A program made the translations under genes and the position numbers. The notes under the pieces are model-generated. The model made no database searches, was not told where the DNA came from, and worked only from the letters and a program-made list of their open reading frames with translations. Shown here piece by piece: positions 47,712-62,800 of a stretch of 64,000 nucleotides of DNA. Source of the DNA: Priapulus caudatus (Eukaryota); NCBI RefSeq assembly GCF_000485595.1, contig NW_014577085.1, forward strand, positions 70,456 through 134,455, read 5' to 3'. Within the stretch, counting starts at the first letter, position 1. Every line of letters begins with the position of its first letter.

Positions 47712-48217
47712 GTCATCCCGTGCGATGTCACCGACTTGACTTATGGCGACGTCTAATCAGAAATGTAGAGTTGAGTTATCTAAGCTCCCCCTGCCGTACG
47801 GCATCACCCGCGGCTGCATCCATATGTCATTTACATCGCGGGACGTCTTGTAATGGCGACCGTGTGAGTGCGTGTAGCACCGACCCCGCTGTAACCGTAG
47901 CTGTACCGGGCATAATGCAACCTGCTAATGTCCAATATGGCAAGACGCCGGAACAACAAAGAAGAGGAGAGGTCATTTCTGGACGTACAAATTGATCACG
48001 GCACCAGACCAACCACGCTGAAGGACAAGTGGCGTTTAGCGCCTTACCTTAACCAATTTACACCTGACTGGCGACATGGCCATCATCCCGTGCGATGTCA
48101 CCGGCTGACTTATGGCGGACGTATAATCAGAAATGCTAGATTGCAGCTTATCTAAGCTCCCCTGCCGCGTACGGATCACCGCGGCTGATCCATATGTCAT
48201 TTACATCGGGGACGTCT
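47712..48217 (+). repeat. Local duplication A-B-A' whose B segment recurs at 45350-45577
   Basis: 47712-47848 resembles 48084-48217, and 47850-48070 resembles 45350-45577. Differences are mostly single-base indels. A poly-T run follows at 48218-48237. Confidence 0.75.
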
Positions 48218-48473
48218 GTTTTTTTTTTTTTTTTTTTCCTGAATGGCTGACGGTGACCTGCTGCACAAACGTTGTGCCGACGGCAACGTTCACTTAAATT
48301 CCCTTCATATTCACCGGCAGTTTAGAACGCGTCCGTCACCCGTGTGTGTGTGTCATTCGCGCAACGCTCTGGCGCAATCAGTTATCACAATCACTCATCA
48401 CAATCAGTTCTCATCGCGTAAGAATACCGTATGCAAATTATAAGGATGCTGTTGAGGCGTGCCAAGAATTTCC

Positions 48474-48477
<4 letters not shown>

Positions 48478-48521
<44 letters not shown>

Positions 48522-48756
48522 CAGAGAGAGAGAGCAGAGAGAGAGAGAGAGGAACACGAAGAGGAGAGGATGAGAGATGGAGAGAGAGTATGTGTGTGTG
48601 TTGCTGGCTGTGTGTGGCGTGTGTGCGTGTGTGCGTGTGATGCGATGTTGTGTGTTGTGTGTGTGTGTGTTTGTGTGTGTGTGGTGTGTGTGTGTGTGTG
48701 TCGTGTGGGGTGTGTGTGTGTGTGGTGTGTGGTGTGTGTGGTGTGTGTGTGTGTGT
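48478..48756 (+). repeat. (GA)n followed by (GT)n microsatellites
   Basis: Direct inspection. Confidence 0.9.
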
Positions 48757-49004
48757 TGGGTATATACTGCTACCACTACCAACCTGTAGTCTACATGTGT
48801 TCATTGCTTACTAGCCGCCCACACAATTCCTGCTTAAATTGTGCAGGCAGGCGACGCTTGGCCTAGCATCTAGCACCATTGCGTGGTAAAATAACGATGA
48901 TCGCGACAGAGCGGTATGTTAGTGCGCGTGGTCGGTGATGCGCGACACGCACGCACGCACGCACGCACGATGGCGGTCGGGGAACATGATGGGGGCCGGG
49001 GAGC

Positions 49005-49315
49005 ATGCTCGCTCCACCGTGTGCTGCACACAAAGATACACGGGATTGTGTGATGCCACACAGAGATCACACGGCAGTATGTGTGATTGCCACACGCAGC
49101 AGGATGCACGCTCCACCGGTGTGATGCCCACACAGAGATGCACGCTCCACCGTGTGATGCACACAGAGATACACGCGGCTGTGTGATGCACACAGAGATG
49201 CACGCTCCACCGTGTGCTGAACACAGAGATGCACGCGGCTGTGTGATGCACACAGAGATGCACGCTCCACCGTGTGATGCACACAGAGATGCACGCGGCT
49301 GTGTGATGCACACAT
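49005..49315 (+). repeat. About 30-bp tandem repeat (gtgtgatgcacacagagatgcacgctccacc) with alternating variants
   Basis: Direct inspection. Confidence 0.85.
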
Positions 49316-49408
49316 AGAAGCACGCGACTATGCGGGCACGGCGTTATGGCTCGTGCGCCGCACAACAAAAAGAAAAAAACGTACAGCGAGGAAATTCGTC
49401 GCGACGAC

Positions 49409-49443
<35 letters not shown>

Positions 49444-52400
49444 CAGCGGCGAACTAATAGCTTACTGGCGCGAACCGTGCATGTACCATTGAAACAGCGT
49501 TCGCTATCCTGGCTGCTGCGAAAGGAAAAGGGCTTTCAACGCATTCACTCACTCTCTCTCTCACACACACAGAGGGAGTGATCATTACGAACCACTTCAC
49601 CACGCAGCCAGGTGTACAGACTGTGTGCGGAGCGGCGGCGGCAGCGGCGGCGGCAGCGGCGGCGGCGGCTGATCACGCAGCCTTTCACCTGGCCGTCTGC
49701 AATCAGCGTCGCTGTTTAAGCTGCCGCCGTGGAGCAGGCGGCCCACCTCGCCGAATTCGGACGTACAGCTGCGTAATCATATTGACAAATAAAGCTATTA
49801 TGCGGCGCGAATTAATGCAGAGCGATCGCACACTCGCTGCTGACAATAGGTGAATCTGATTCGTGGCGGATCGACATAAAACACACCTGATGTATTGTTG
49901 TCGGATCGAATTCTGTGCGCGCCAATGGCTGGGACTGCCCTACCTGCACACGGGGGCTTTACGTATAAAGTACACCCGTGCGCGTGGCAGCGGCAGCGGC
50001 GACACGGAAGAAAAAATTAGGATTTTAAATCAATGGCTTAGGTAATTGAGAATGGCCACGCATGTGACTCATGCGGTAAACTACTTTTCGAAGCTCCGGA
50101 GGCAAAATTCAAACAAAGCCATTTCAACTGCCTTTTTGACAGCCTTAAACGGCAGCGAAGCGCGGAAGGGCTACGCGACAATGTCGAGCAAATTGCCGCC
50201 GTCCGTGTTTTCAGTACGACGGCATGATTTGTTGGCGGTAAGCAGACGAACGGACAGACCTTACGATAGCCGGCGGCCTGGCAAACACACGTCACAGTGC
50301 CCCCCCACCCCCGCTTTATTGGGACAGGTACGGGGAGGGAGGACGATGAAAATGATCTGATTTTAAAAGCGGTAAACGCATAAAAAAAACGTGCGTAAAG
50401 ATTGTTTTACATAGACATTAGACACATGCCTCGTTTAAGTGATGCGCACGTATATCCGAAGTCCGATAAAGCAGGGACCACTGTACTATAGTCACGGTAT
50501 CACACGCAGCGAACGACATCGGATGAGAATGCGCCGATGTTTGTCATGCACCTCCTCACCGGGAGGCTGTCGAACGTGCGCGTCCGCTACCAGCTCGGCA
50601 GCAGTCGTATTCCATCCGGCACCCCGCCTTAGTGTAAGCCATTCGCCTTACAAATAATAAGCGCGGTGAGATTAGTTTGGACCTGCGTCCATATATGTAT
50701 AGTTAGTATACAATACCGCCCGCCGTTACCTGAGCCGTGCGGTGCGCCCGCGCTGGCTCCACCTATGACACAGGCCCGAGGCCCGCACAAAGCACTACCC
50801 TGGGTGTCTCTGACAATGTAAACTACAGGGGCACTTCCTTGACAAAATATGGCCGGCACAGTTGCATTTAGCTGGGTAAATATACACAGCGACAGACAGC
50901 GCGAAGAATGATTCCATGCGCGATCATGTGGCGTCTCCAGCAGATGACAGACAAGCAGAAACACCTGCCTCCCAGCGAGGAGGTTTGACAAACGCTTCTG
51001 CAGCATTCGGCCTCGATGGAGAACGAAAGGAAGAGCCGACAAAGAAATGAGAAGAAATACCGACACAAATAGCGATAAACCTAAATTAATTCAGTTAATA
51101 TTATTCAGTTAGTTTTAAATCAAGTTAATATCAGGGATAAATTAAAGAGTTGATTGGTAGGCGAGTATAGGATATAAAGATAGATGAAATACGAAAAACG
51201 TGGAAATGATTAACAATAATATAAACAACCTGGCAGAAAGGACATCGCATATTAGACATCACAAATATCATAGCTCTCCTTATAGTTGCACCAGCTGACA
51301 CACGGTGAAAAAACATGATGGAATCGAAGTCGCTAAAAACGAAACAGTTGTGGAGATAAATGATAGGCAACAAATTTGAGCAGAGATGCTGCAAGCATAT
51401 GGAATTATGGATGCGCCAGTCACACACAGATGGCTTTCGAAGTCACACCAACGCCACATTAGCACTAATTCTTGTTAAACACCTTTATAAGCCCCAGCTA
51501 TTAACTTAAAAAGCTAGCCAAGCGTGACAGATTACAACACTAGCAGGCACTTGCTTCGTCTCTACACTTCCTACCGGACGTATCCATGGCTCATACGCAG
51601 CTACGTGCTATTTTTACAGTCAGTGACCCCGTACTTATAACAGTAGGTAGTGTTTGCTCTACAAAAAGACCACTGGTCAACAACTAGTGTACACGCACAC
51701 CGTATAGGCGTCAGGAACAGCGGCGCGATTCCTTCTCACACGTTCTCTCACGCGTAAGGAATTTATATTATAAACCACCACGATATGCTTGCTATTTGAA
51801 CTTCACAACATCGGCTGTTGTTTTATAGCATTGGTGCAGTGATAGGAAGATTCGGCACGTAGACATGTGTAGATGTGGACTCATTCTCGGTCAACAGTAC
51901 AGACGAATAAGAGACGCGTGCGTAAAGTAATCACGTATTTACTCCATGTACGTCCATTGTAACTTCAAACAACGAACGGCAATCATCCGTTGCCGATGCA
52001 CGTGAAATTTCCTCTTGTGATATTCACGAAATAACAGCATAGAAATTAACAATTAGAATAGCATTTATTTACAATTTACATTGAGATTCTGACTCAGATT
52101 AAATAGGTAGTCTTTGTGCGAAAGGCAAGCGAGCATTGTGTGCGAGAATGTACAGGAAGCGGCATATTATAGCTTGACAGCTGGCATTCAGTAGAATGTA
52201 ATTTTTTCATTTTATCCATTATTACGAGCGGAGTGAGAACCTTGGATGTGTTAATAGCGATACGCTCGCAGCAACGAGCGTCTGCGCGTTTCCTCACACG
52301 CTATAACATTCCACAATAAAACAGGCCTACTTCTGTACGAGCGCATATGCACGCCATAGCTAGCATTATTAATAATAATAGCATTGTTTAATACGACCAT

Positions 52401-54149
52401 CATCATTTTCTGCCGGAAATTTCTTACAAACCATCGGATGTGTTGCCCAGGGCAGCTAGCCGACCGCATTAGCAGCAATTCGCTGCGGCCGGCTTTACAT
52501 GTAAGATTTCATCTTGGCACATAATTCCGTTCAGACGGCCGGAGCACACAGCAGAGAGAAGGAAGCCTTTAGCCGGGAGCAACACATGTTTCCCTATTAT
52601 CCCCGGCCGGGCGCTAGCCAAGGTAAATACACGCCCGCTGATGAAGTGGGATCATCGCGGCTGAATCCCTGCAGTGCGATTAATGAGCACCGGAACAAAG
52701 CCGAGCTCTATGCGCCCGACAACCTTGTGCTGGTTTCAACCGTCCAGCAGGGCAAGCCAGCAAGTGTAGGGACGGCCGGTATATACACAGTAGTGTAGGG
52801 TCGGCCGGCTAGTATAGACCGACAGCAATGCATGCACATCAGTAGTGCCGAGCATAGGGAGTGCAGAGAACAGGGAAGATGCCCTCCCAATCTGTACGAT
52901 CGAGTATCGGGCTCAATCAAACATAGCGCTATAATTCTATCTCAGTCATCAAAGGTTGATTGACTGCTGATGGCGAGTACGTGGAGAGCAGTACTGTAGG
53001 ACATGCTCAAACCTCACGCTCTCGTACACCATGAGTGCCCTCCTGATTAAAGGACGACGTCTCCAGTGGCCCGCGGTGTTTACCGATGAATAACACCACC
53101 ACTGCGTAGTCTGCGACGAGCGCTGCGAGCTGCTTCTGTTGTTCCTCCTCTCTCCTCTTCTGTTTCACTGGTCCAATTCTCTAGAACAACGAGTGCTGGC
53201 GCTGTGAGGGTTTGTGGGAGGGGATCAACGCGCAGGCATCGGCCTGCAGGACGGAGGTCCGGCATTGACAGCTCCGTGATCAATCAGCTTTTGATTACCG
53301 GGCTGTTGCTCGGTCGGCTTTGTGCCGAGAGGAAAGGATAAGAAACGGCAGCGGCGTCTATTTGGTGCGAAATTCCAGCTGCTAGACCCTCAAGGACATG
53401 CGCTCGGTTTAACTAGTGATCATAAAATCCGAAAAAATCTCGAAATGACCTGTACGGACAAACGCGCGTGCATATTTCTATGCAAAACAACGCGAAACAA
53501 ACACCGCGGAAGGTCGGTCACGCTCGAGCGTCTACGAAAGCGGACAGGTTGGATCCGTTTCGGGCTACCGTGCCAGCGGGCCACGGTAGCCGGGCAAACT
53601 AGCACTTGCCGATTAACAGGGAATTCACAAAGCGGGGTGCGTGCCTTCTGTATGCGCGTCTTATTGAAACACGGCGCGTAAATTGTTGATGCTCGATGCG
53701 CGCGGTGTTACCGTCACCTGGCGACGCTTCCCTGTGTTTGCGTCGCACCTCCTCCTATACCGCCGCCTCCGCAGTCACGGCATTACTTACATAAATATTT
53801 GTGAAACTACAAAGAAACACGCGAGCTGTGTCTGCTGCTACCGTGCCATCTTTGCGAAACATCTCTACTCGGAGTTAATAAGTTGCTATCTCACTGATAA
53901 GACGGTGAATGGCGGCCATGTTTTCAAGTTTGCGTAAGGGCTCTACTACAAGCGTAGGCCTATTGCCACACGGCCCGGTCCATTTCCTCATTCTCAGAAT
54001 ATAGTGCCGAATCTAAAGCGTATCTCACAGGGCGTGATTTCCGCGCTTGTTCTATATGCCTCAAGGCCGTATACGTAGCAACCTACATCTCTCCTAGTTT
54101 ATCTGACCGCCTTTCCTTTACAATGTCGTAGTAAAATCTGTATAAGATC

Positions 54150-54282
<133 letters not shown>

Positions 54283-54521
54283 ACTACTTCGTCACGATTA
54301 TCGCCGCAGTTCCCCGCGTGCTCACTCTCACTCTCTCGCCTCCTCTTTCTCTCTCCCCACCTCTCCACCTCAATTTCTCTCTCGCTCTATCTCACAAACT
54401 CTTAACTCTCGGGTTACACAGGCCTTTGAGGTTTCCCATAAAAAAACACATTTAGAAAGCAGAGAGATTTGTTTGTGTATCTCGCAGTCGGCATTCGGCG
54501 CTCGCAAGCAGCATGGCGGCG

Positions 54522-54942
54522 ACCACCACCATCCCCACCATCACCACCATCCCCACCATCACCAACATCACCACCACCATCACCAACACCACCATTACCA
54601 CCATCAGCATCATCACCACCACCACCATCACCATCCCCACCATCACCATCACCATCACCATTACCACCATCCCCATCACAACCATCACCAACATCACCAA
54701 CACCATCACCATCACCATCACCACCATCCCCACCATCACCACTATCCCCACCATCACCACCACCACCACCACCACCACCACCACCAACACCACCATCACC
54801 ACAATCACCAACAGCAGCAGCAGCAGCAGTACCAGCAGCAACAAGTAGTAGCAGCGATGGCAGTAGCAGCACCCGCAGCAGTAGTAGTAGCAGCAGCAAG
54901 AGCAGTAGCAATCGCAGTAGTCGCAGTAACAGCGGCATCAGT

Positions 54943-54982
<40 letters not shown>

Positions 54983-55030
54983 CCAGCAACACCACCACCA
55001 GTAGCAGCAGTAGCAACAACAGCAGCAGTG
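54522..55030 (+). repeat. Compound trinucleotide repeat (CAC/CAT)n then (CAG/TAG)n
   Basis: Direct inspection; it produces homopolymeric ORFs in all frames. Confidence 0.9.
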
Positions 55031-58000
55031 TATGGGGGGTTTACTACCACACGCTGTGGCCGCGCGAAGTGTGCTTGGAAACACGAGCGAGTTGTTGACT
55101 TACGGCGGAGTGCTCGATCTCGACATAGGTGGCAGAGCGCTCGCTGAATGACAGACGGGCGCGCATCATGCCGAGATGCCAGATGTACGTGTCACTGCGC
55201 ACACACACACACAGGGAGACAGAGAGAGAACAAACTGAACGCGTCGTTGACCAAGGTGCCTCCCATCTAACGGCGGATCGCGTTTCGGGAAAACACGAAC
55301 CGTTTACATTACAAGTTGCCCTCGCGTGGCCCTTCCGTGTGTAAATCTTAGGCGCAGATCAAAACAACGCGGTAGCCACGTAGTGTGCTGCTTTCTTATT
55401 ACACATTTTTCAAACGCAAGTATCCCTAGGTAGTACCTATGCTGTGTTGCCATCGAATTTTCTCCTTAATCTTCCTTGATCATAGGATCCATAGGATTCA
55501 TATCGTCCTATCATTAGGTCAAAGTTCAGAACACAGTTCGGTTAAATGCTTTCAATTTTTAATTACCTGAACATTTACACTAACATTCACACTAAAATAG
55601 TTTACGTCTTTAACGTAACTTTTAATAGCTATTTACTATTATTTTATTATTTTACTAAATTCATAACGCAACATGCTATCATACGAAACGCATAAACCAA
55701 CATATTTTTGCAGATGATTAACATAAAGAATGCATACTAATTGCACCCTCACATGTCGGCAGGATCCCATAGGCTGCCGAAAGAATTCCCCACAGTAACT
55801 GCCAGTGCACCACAAGTTCCTACGGTTACACTTTTTCATATCGTAATTCACGCAACAGACTGCCGGTCATTTAGCGGCAGGTATGCAGATTTAATTAAGT
55901 CCGAGTAACAACGATCGTAAATGGAGTATAGCCAATAATTCGAAAAGTCGACAGCAATCCCTCGCCAGACACGGCGCACATGAATCTCCCCGTTCGTAAC
56001 GCCATCATCGCGCAACAGTCTCAAGCCGGCCTGTCTGCATATATCGCCTGATTGAATCAACACCTCGGAATCTCGGGCAGATATTCTCAGCATTAATCAT
56101 TCACGACTGGCAGCGCCGTGATTGAAAGAGGCGGTGTCTACAACCCTCTCCATAATTAATACCTGCGTTCGGCGTTGAACAGCGGCAGCGTAAATGCACA
56201 CTGCTTTACTTCAAGTAATCTCTCTGCGGGCGCGATCGCCGTGCCAACTGTTCTCATCGGAGGCTGATGAACGCCCCACGAGCTGATAGGCAGCAGCGGG
56301 AGGGATTCACGACTAACGACACGCTACGACAAAAAACACCGTTACATACGTAAACTTCGCATGCATGCGAATCTTAAATAGAAATCTTAGCAGAATGTTC
56401 TCTAGCTGAGATACGGCGGATTCTGACGAAGATGGATAGGATTCCGAGCGAAACGAGAGATATCCAGATGAGAAGTGCTGCTTAAGAACTTGTGAGGTGG
56501 CATACAACATGAACCGAGATGCGTATGAGCAAGCGATATGCTCAGCACTGTGCGTGACACACCTTGTTTACTTTTAGCGACGTATTGTAGTCTGAAGAAC
56601 ACAATGATTAGTGCACAGATGCAGCGAGTGCAATGTTGATGAGGTAATGATGAAATGTATGAAAGTTAACGATTGAATGATAGCGATATCCCGATTTCTG
56701 CATGCAATGCGTTTACGTGTTTATCATACATATATATATTACTGTCGTCATTTACTGAATTTTCAAGATTACAGTATGATCCGGCTATAAATTAGAAAAT
56801 AAATATCTTAGAATATTAATAGGCTTTCCAAGCTATCTCCTAAGCAGTTAGCGTGACGTGCAGTTTAGAACGACAAAATAACAGCCCCGCAACCCTTCAT
56901 CAACAAGCGCGTGATATACGTATCCTTCAAATAAGATGAACCGCCATGGTTAGCACCACCTACTTTTGGGTGCCAACAATCAAGGTTGCAGTGGACGGGC
57001 AGATAAGGAGAAGCGGGGATGAATTCGTCACTCTCCCACTCTCTCGCGCTCTCTTATTTCTCTCACTCTCTCACTGAAAGCGCCTCATCGAAATCTCCAG
57101 TTAAGCTTTATCCAAGAACTCACAAGGAAATGAAACAGAATGCCCACGTATTACGTGGAGACGCAAGGTTGAAGCGGATGAGGTGGCAAACCAGACCTGG
57201 CATGAAATGATCTGGAAAGGCCCGTATAAAACAGAGTGCGAGGAGAGTAGACGTCGATGGCCTATGCTCCCCTAGGCGCGATGGGTAAATAAATAAGTTA
57301 GTGCAGATTATTGGAAGCCGGCAACGCTAGAGAAACGATTCGAGAGTGAGAAAGACGTTGGAAGATGATAATTCCTGCCCGCAGGGAGGGAATATCAACT
57401 TGTTCCTCAACATCCTAATGGCTTACGTAAGTTTTGTGAAGACCTTCGTGCCATCGCTTAACACCGTGTTGAGCCCACACTCGATTAACACATGCCGAGA
57501 GACGACTATAGGCACTTACACGAAGTCCTCGCCAAATGGAAAGCGCGGGTCGTTAAAAACGCTCGTGTTCGGGATAGAAGCTATTAGCGAGTTTGAACAG
57601 CGAGGAAACGAGCAGCTCGCGGCCATACACACATACACAACCTGCTATCCTATTAGATAGCCGGTCGCCATGCAACTGTGTTTGCTTCAGATTTAGCCAG
57701 ACGTACCCGCGTGTTTGCCGATTGGTTTTGAGAACGCAAGGAAGAGACAATGGTACGGGGATGCGATACGGCCGTGAGCAACACCTCCCTGTCATTCTAA
57801 ATGCGGACGGCAAACAGATAATATCGTCGTTTATTCTGCGTCTGTTCGGCCGAGGCGGGGCCGCGGCGCGAACAAATTGACCTTCCCATGGCGCTGGGAG
57901 AGATCCGCGCGCGGGCTCGTGATTTATAAGATGTGCGACGGGCGCGTTTTGTTTCGAGATAATTTACGGTGCCGTTGCACTTTCTTAATTGGCACGGCGT

Positions 58001-59801
58001 GTCCGTAATGGTCGTCGTCTACCTGGGATGGTGTATTGTTCCAACATCGCATCAATTATGTTAGCGACAACGCAAGGACAGGTAGCGATCGGGGTGCTGG
58101 TCCGACACGCCTATAGCATGAGAGATGACCTAATCATGGACTCGCGTTATACAGTGAACAAGTATGTAGCGATTGTCATCTCTACTAGCGAGTAATTAAT
58201 CAGGCAGTATTCAGTGGTGCTACAGGTTAAGGACCGAATGAATGAGTGCAAAGATTGAGCAGTAAGGGTAGATGGCAGTTGGTGGGGGGGCGCACAATTC
58301 CCCGAAAATGCATAAAGCGTGGAGCGTGAACAGCCCTATAACCTATCCACTGAACTTTCATCAATTCGGCGACCTCTCAGAATAAAGCGAAAATCTTAAT
58401 GGCGGCCATATCTCAAGTTCTTAACTATGCATCACATGCCGTAAAAAGGCACATCACAATGGTGAATACACGGGCCAGTAGTTCCCATGCGACCATCACC
58501 ATTTCCTTAAACGCATGCCAGATAAAGAGAGCACTAACAACATGCAAACCAATTTTTTAACAGACACAAAGGTGTGCACATGGGCGACTGGTTCGTATAA
58601 AAGGTGTGTGGGCCCGCTGCACACACCATCATCATGATTTCATCCGGTCGCTTTCTAGATGAGCAAAGCAACTGCGCCGCGAGCATGCATAATAATTTAA
58701 ATAAAAAACGTTAAAATGAAAGGGTGTTCGGCGAGAGACGGATGCACACCGTGCGGTGTTGATGCTGTGTAATAATCAGCGATCGCATGGATATGCCACG
58801 TACGCACGACGATGGTCGGTACACAAACGCGTGCGAATATCACACGCAGTCGAGAGCGTATCGTGTAGACGCAGGATGCGCGCACCTTCTGAAGTCTACC
58901 CGTATAGACAAACCTGTATAGCGCACACACGACGTGTTGCAATTACGCCGTGAAAAGACCACCATTCTGCTCTCAACTCCTTCAGGCGGATGCGCGCGGC
59001 CCCCGCGCAGGCACACGTGTTTACTCTCGCAAATACGCGCCATTATGGGGAGGTGGCTATCCCTGAGCGGCGGCGGCGGCGGGGGGACGTGACTGCGACA
59101 CGACTACCGCGGCTGAAGCGCAGCGCCGCCAAAATGAAGTCGTTGTGCCTGATGAAAAGGCGCGCCGTCACCGACGTGCCCGGCAGAATGCGGGAGTAGG
59201 AGGGCGCGCCCGCCCGCCCGCACGCCCGCACGCACGCACGCACGGTGACAGGCCCTTCTGAAAGATAAAGGCGTGCCGACTACACTCGCGGTGATGGGCG
59301 AAAGCCAGTCCGTATAGGTTCCCGCCTATACCACATATTTAGATATATGGGGAGAAGTAGTCGAGCATGTGAACCACGGTGAGGGATGCGTAAGGCCCTA
59401 TGCTGTACTTTAATATCTTAACCACAGACAGATGGAATAGCGGAAGATGTGACTGCAGCCATTTTTTTCGGTTTATATACAAGATGAGGAATTCTCAATC
59501 GACGGAACACGGACCTAAAAACTAACTTCTTATACACGTAACACATCCCTGTTATCATTCATTATTAGTATTGCAATAAATAAAATACAATAAAATCAAT
59601 GATCAAACTCGTGTCCGGCTTCACAGCACATCTCCCTACAGGAGGAAATATGCATGCTGGCAACCACTTGCAGGGCAGGAGACCATGATCATAATTATTT
59701 ACACTGACATGATATACGCGACCAAGGTTAAGTGCACTATAACAACAATTTCTCCTCCGTGGCAGATCGAGGGCCGCTAACTCAACATGTATACATATCA
59801 A

Positions 59802-59854
<53 letters not shown>

Positions 59855-62800
59855 TATATATATATATATATAGACGAGCGATGATGGGAGAATTCCGCAC
59901 CAGGGTCTGGTTAACGTCGTCGGAAAGCAGTGGCTACACAACCTGTTATTACTTACAACTATACACAGCCAGCCTTAAGGTGGGCTAACGTCAGTAGGAA
60001 ATTGCGCTCAATGACTAGCACGTGTGGAATGCAATCAGATGCATCCCGCAGCAGCCCGCTTCTAAGACAAACGGCGGCCATGTTAGCAGGGGCTTACACG
60101 CTGTGTCATCGCCGGACACGCGGCATTACGTAACCACGACAGGACTTCGCACAGGTTACAAATAGTTCCGTGTCGCTCGTCGGCGCCCATGAAGAATAAC
60201 AGGAAGTCATACACGCACGCATGCCGCCCGCGCGCAGCGCGCGTACAGCGCGATCAACGACAATTCTCTTCTGCCTTATCTGATCGTATTTTGCTGCCCG
60301 CTCCAGTTTCAAAAATACCGCGGCTCGCCAAATCGCAAGAGAGCATGTGAAGATGTTGTTTTAGTGCGAGTAAATACATTTCTGGTTATAAGCTCGTCAG
60401 CAATAATCACACACTCTCCTCGATTTATGTCGACATTCAACATCTGTATGAGCATTGAGCAACGTCGACCTCGCCGCTGTCATCGTTCGTTCGCATCGAG
60501 TCACTAATCAAGAAGGATGGCTTTACATTAAAGACGAACGAAATCTTTACGAGAGTGCACGTCGTTACGGGGCAATAACTGACACTTGGCGCCCGCTAAT
60601 AGACGTTTAGAGGCGGCATTACAGCCAATCGCTCCCGTCCTGTTGACTTTTCCCGCCGAACCATCTGCACACACACACTCTCTCTCCACACACCTCACTC
60701 CATACTCTCTCCTCTCACACACCACCACACACCCCTCACACGCACGCACGCACACACGCACGCACACACGCACGCACGCACGCACGCACGCAGGCACACA
60801 CACACACACACACACAAACGTCTCTGCGAGTTAAGTGCGTCTAGCGGTAAATGCAGGCACGCGGGCAGCAATTCAAACTGCAGACGCGCACGGTCTCGGC
60901 GACTAATTGCGCCGAGTGGTAATGTAGGCAACAACTTCCACGAGAAGACACGACTTTTTTACTTAGCAGGCGCGATTACTAGTCGTTAAGCGAGAGAGCG
61001 AGTCGTATACGCGCGCGAGTGCTGCCGTAAACGTTAATGGCGAGGCAAGTCCGAATTCCGACAATCGCACGCCGGGGATAAAGCACCCGGCGGCCAACAC
61101 TCCACACACACACGCGTACACTCACGAACGCACACACATACACACACGCACGCACACACACGGCCTTCAAATCCGTGGCCTCCAGGCATTAATCGCTAAT
61201 TTTAATAAGCACAACACAACATCAACTGTATCGAACCGAGGATCGGGCGGCGCGGGGATAATGCACGTCCACGTACAGTGCACAGGTACGTATATACGTA
61301 TATGGACGAGGGGGCGTCTGAATGGCAAGCATGCCGATAGCGTCTCAAATCAGACACGCAGATCTGGCTAACTAAATCTCTCAATAGCTGGTGTTCGTAC
61401 GTGCTCCACATCGTAAATATCGTGTGCGCGTCGATTCAGAGGCGATGGTCACGGTTGCAGCCTACGCCTGAGATACGAGAACGACGCACACACACCACAG
61501 CAACGAACTGCTAAATATTTATGACGCGCGTAAAATATAATGTGCTGATTTTAGAATAGATAGCAGGCCGCTTTACTGACGCAATTTTTTCCACTGTATT
61601 ACGTCTTCATCTGTCACCCCACTGCCCACGCAATCTCAGGATATACCCACGTGCACTACCTAATATGCTGTAATATGATGAATATACGTGTTTACTGCGT
61701 ATTCCTTGGTAACAGACATGGCGAGGTGTGATTTGATATATTGCAGGATACGGTGCCGTCGACGCGTCACATAGTAACCTATAGCAGGAGGGGTAGACTA
61801 GTATGGAAAAGGCTCGTACTACACACAACGAGCATTCGACAAAGAGACGGAGAACCCAAAGCTACTACGGCGTTGCCAGCAGGTAGAACACATGCGCAAG
61901 CAGAGCACAGAAAAGAAACGGCGAGAATGCTTAGCACACCTGATCTTTATTTTCTCGTTACGGCCCGGAAAGCCAGGATGTGGCCAATGCCACGGACCAT
62001 GTGCCCGCAGTTGCACCGACGCGGACAATTCAGCATGTCCTATTATGATATTCATCTCCATCATGCCACGGTACAACGCTAATAGTGGCAGATGTTGATA
62101 GCTTACCTGGCGTCCAAACAGGTTTCGAGTGCCATCGTATGGGCATCTATAGCATCGCCTTAACAAGCTACGAGGCCTGGCTGAAAGAGTTGCGACGATT
62201 TGCATTTATCATTGTCGCGTTGGAGCAACGACGAGTCTCATTATACGTCGTCTTTAACTCGTTAATAAGCCGAATAGCCAGTAGTGCTTGCTTGCGTGCG
62301 TGTGTGCGTGCGGGCATCTGTGCTAAACGCCTGAAGCCGTGATTTATAAGCCCACTCTCAGAATATTACTGCTGAGGATGAGGATCCTAAGAAAAAGAGT
62401 AAAAAACGAGGCGAAGAAAAACCTACATCTCCCGACCGTAGTAGACCTGTCACAGTCGGAGAAAAAGTGCAGATGCATATATGCTATTTTAATCCCGAGC
62501 AGAACGAAACCCGTGCAGCTTCTTTATGTTTTTCTTCCCATTCAGCACGTGTGATTAATTACCAGGCAGCCCCACGGCGCTATGAAACGCCACCTAGCAG
62601 CTAGCTGGTCGTTAAGATGCAGACGAAGAGCGCGGCGCTGCGAGCAGCACGACAAAAAAACATTCGAGGAAAAAAATGGCCACCATTTAACAGAACAGGT
62701 GTGACATTCTTCAAATGAACTACTCCTAATTGGCTCGCAATTTTCACTCTCGACAGGACTTAAAAAATGAAGGGTCCATCATCTCCCTTTCGAGTTCTCC

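Noticed and set aside
50629..51066. Minus-strand ORF starting MSVFLLISLSALPFVL as the echinoid signal exon
   Set aside because: Non-ATG start in the ORF track and no phase-1 donor after the hydrophobic stretch.
54414..55147. Poly-P/H/T/G/V ORFs on both strands
   Set aside because: Trinucleotide microsatellite with no splice or domain support.
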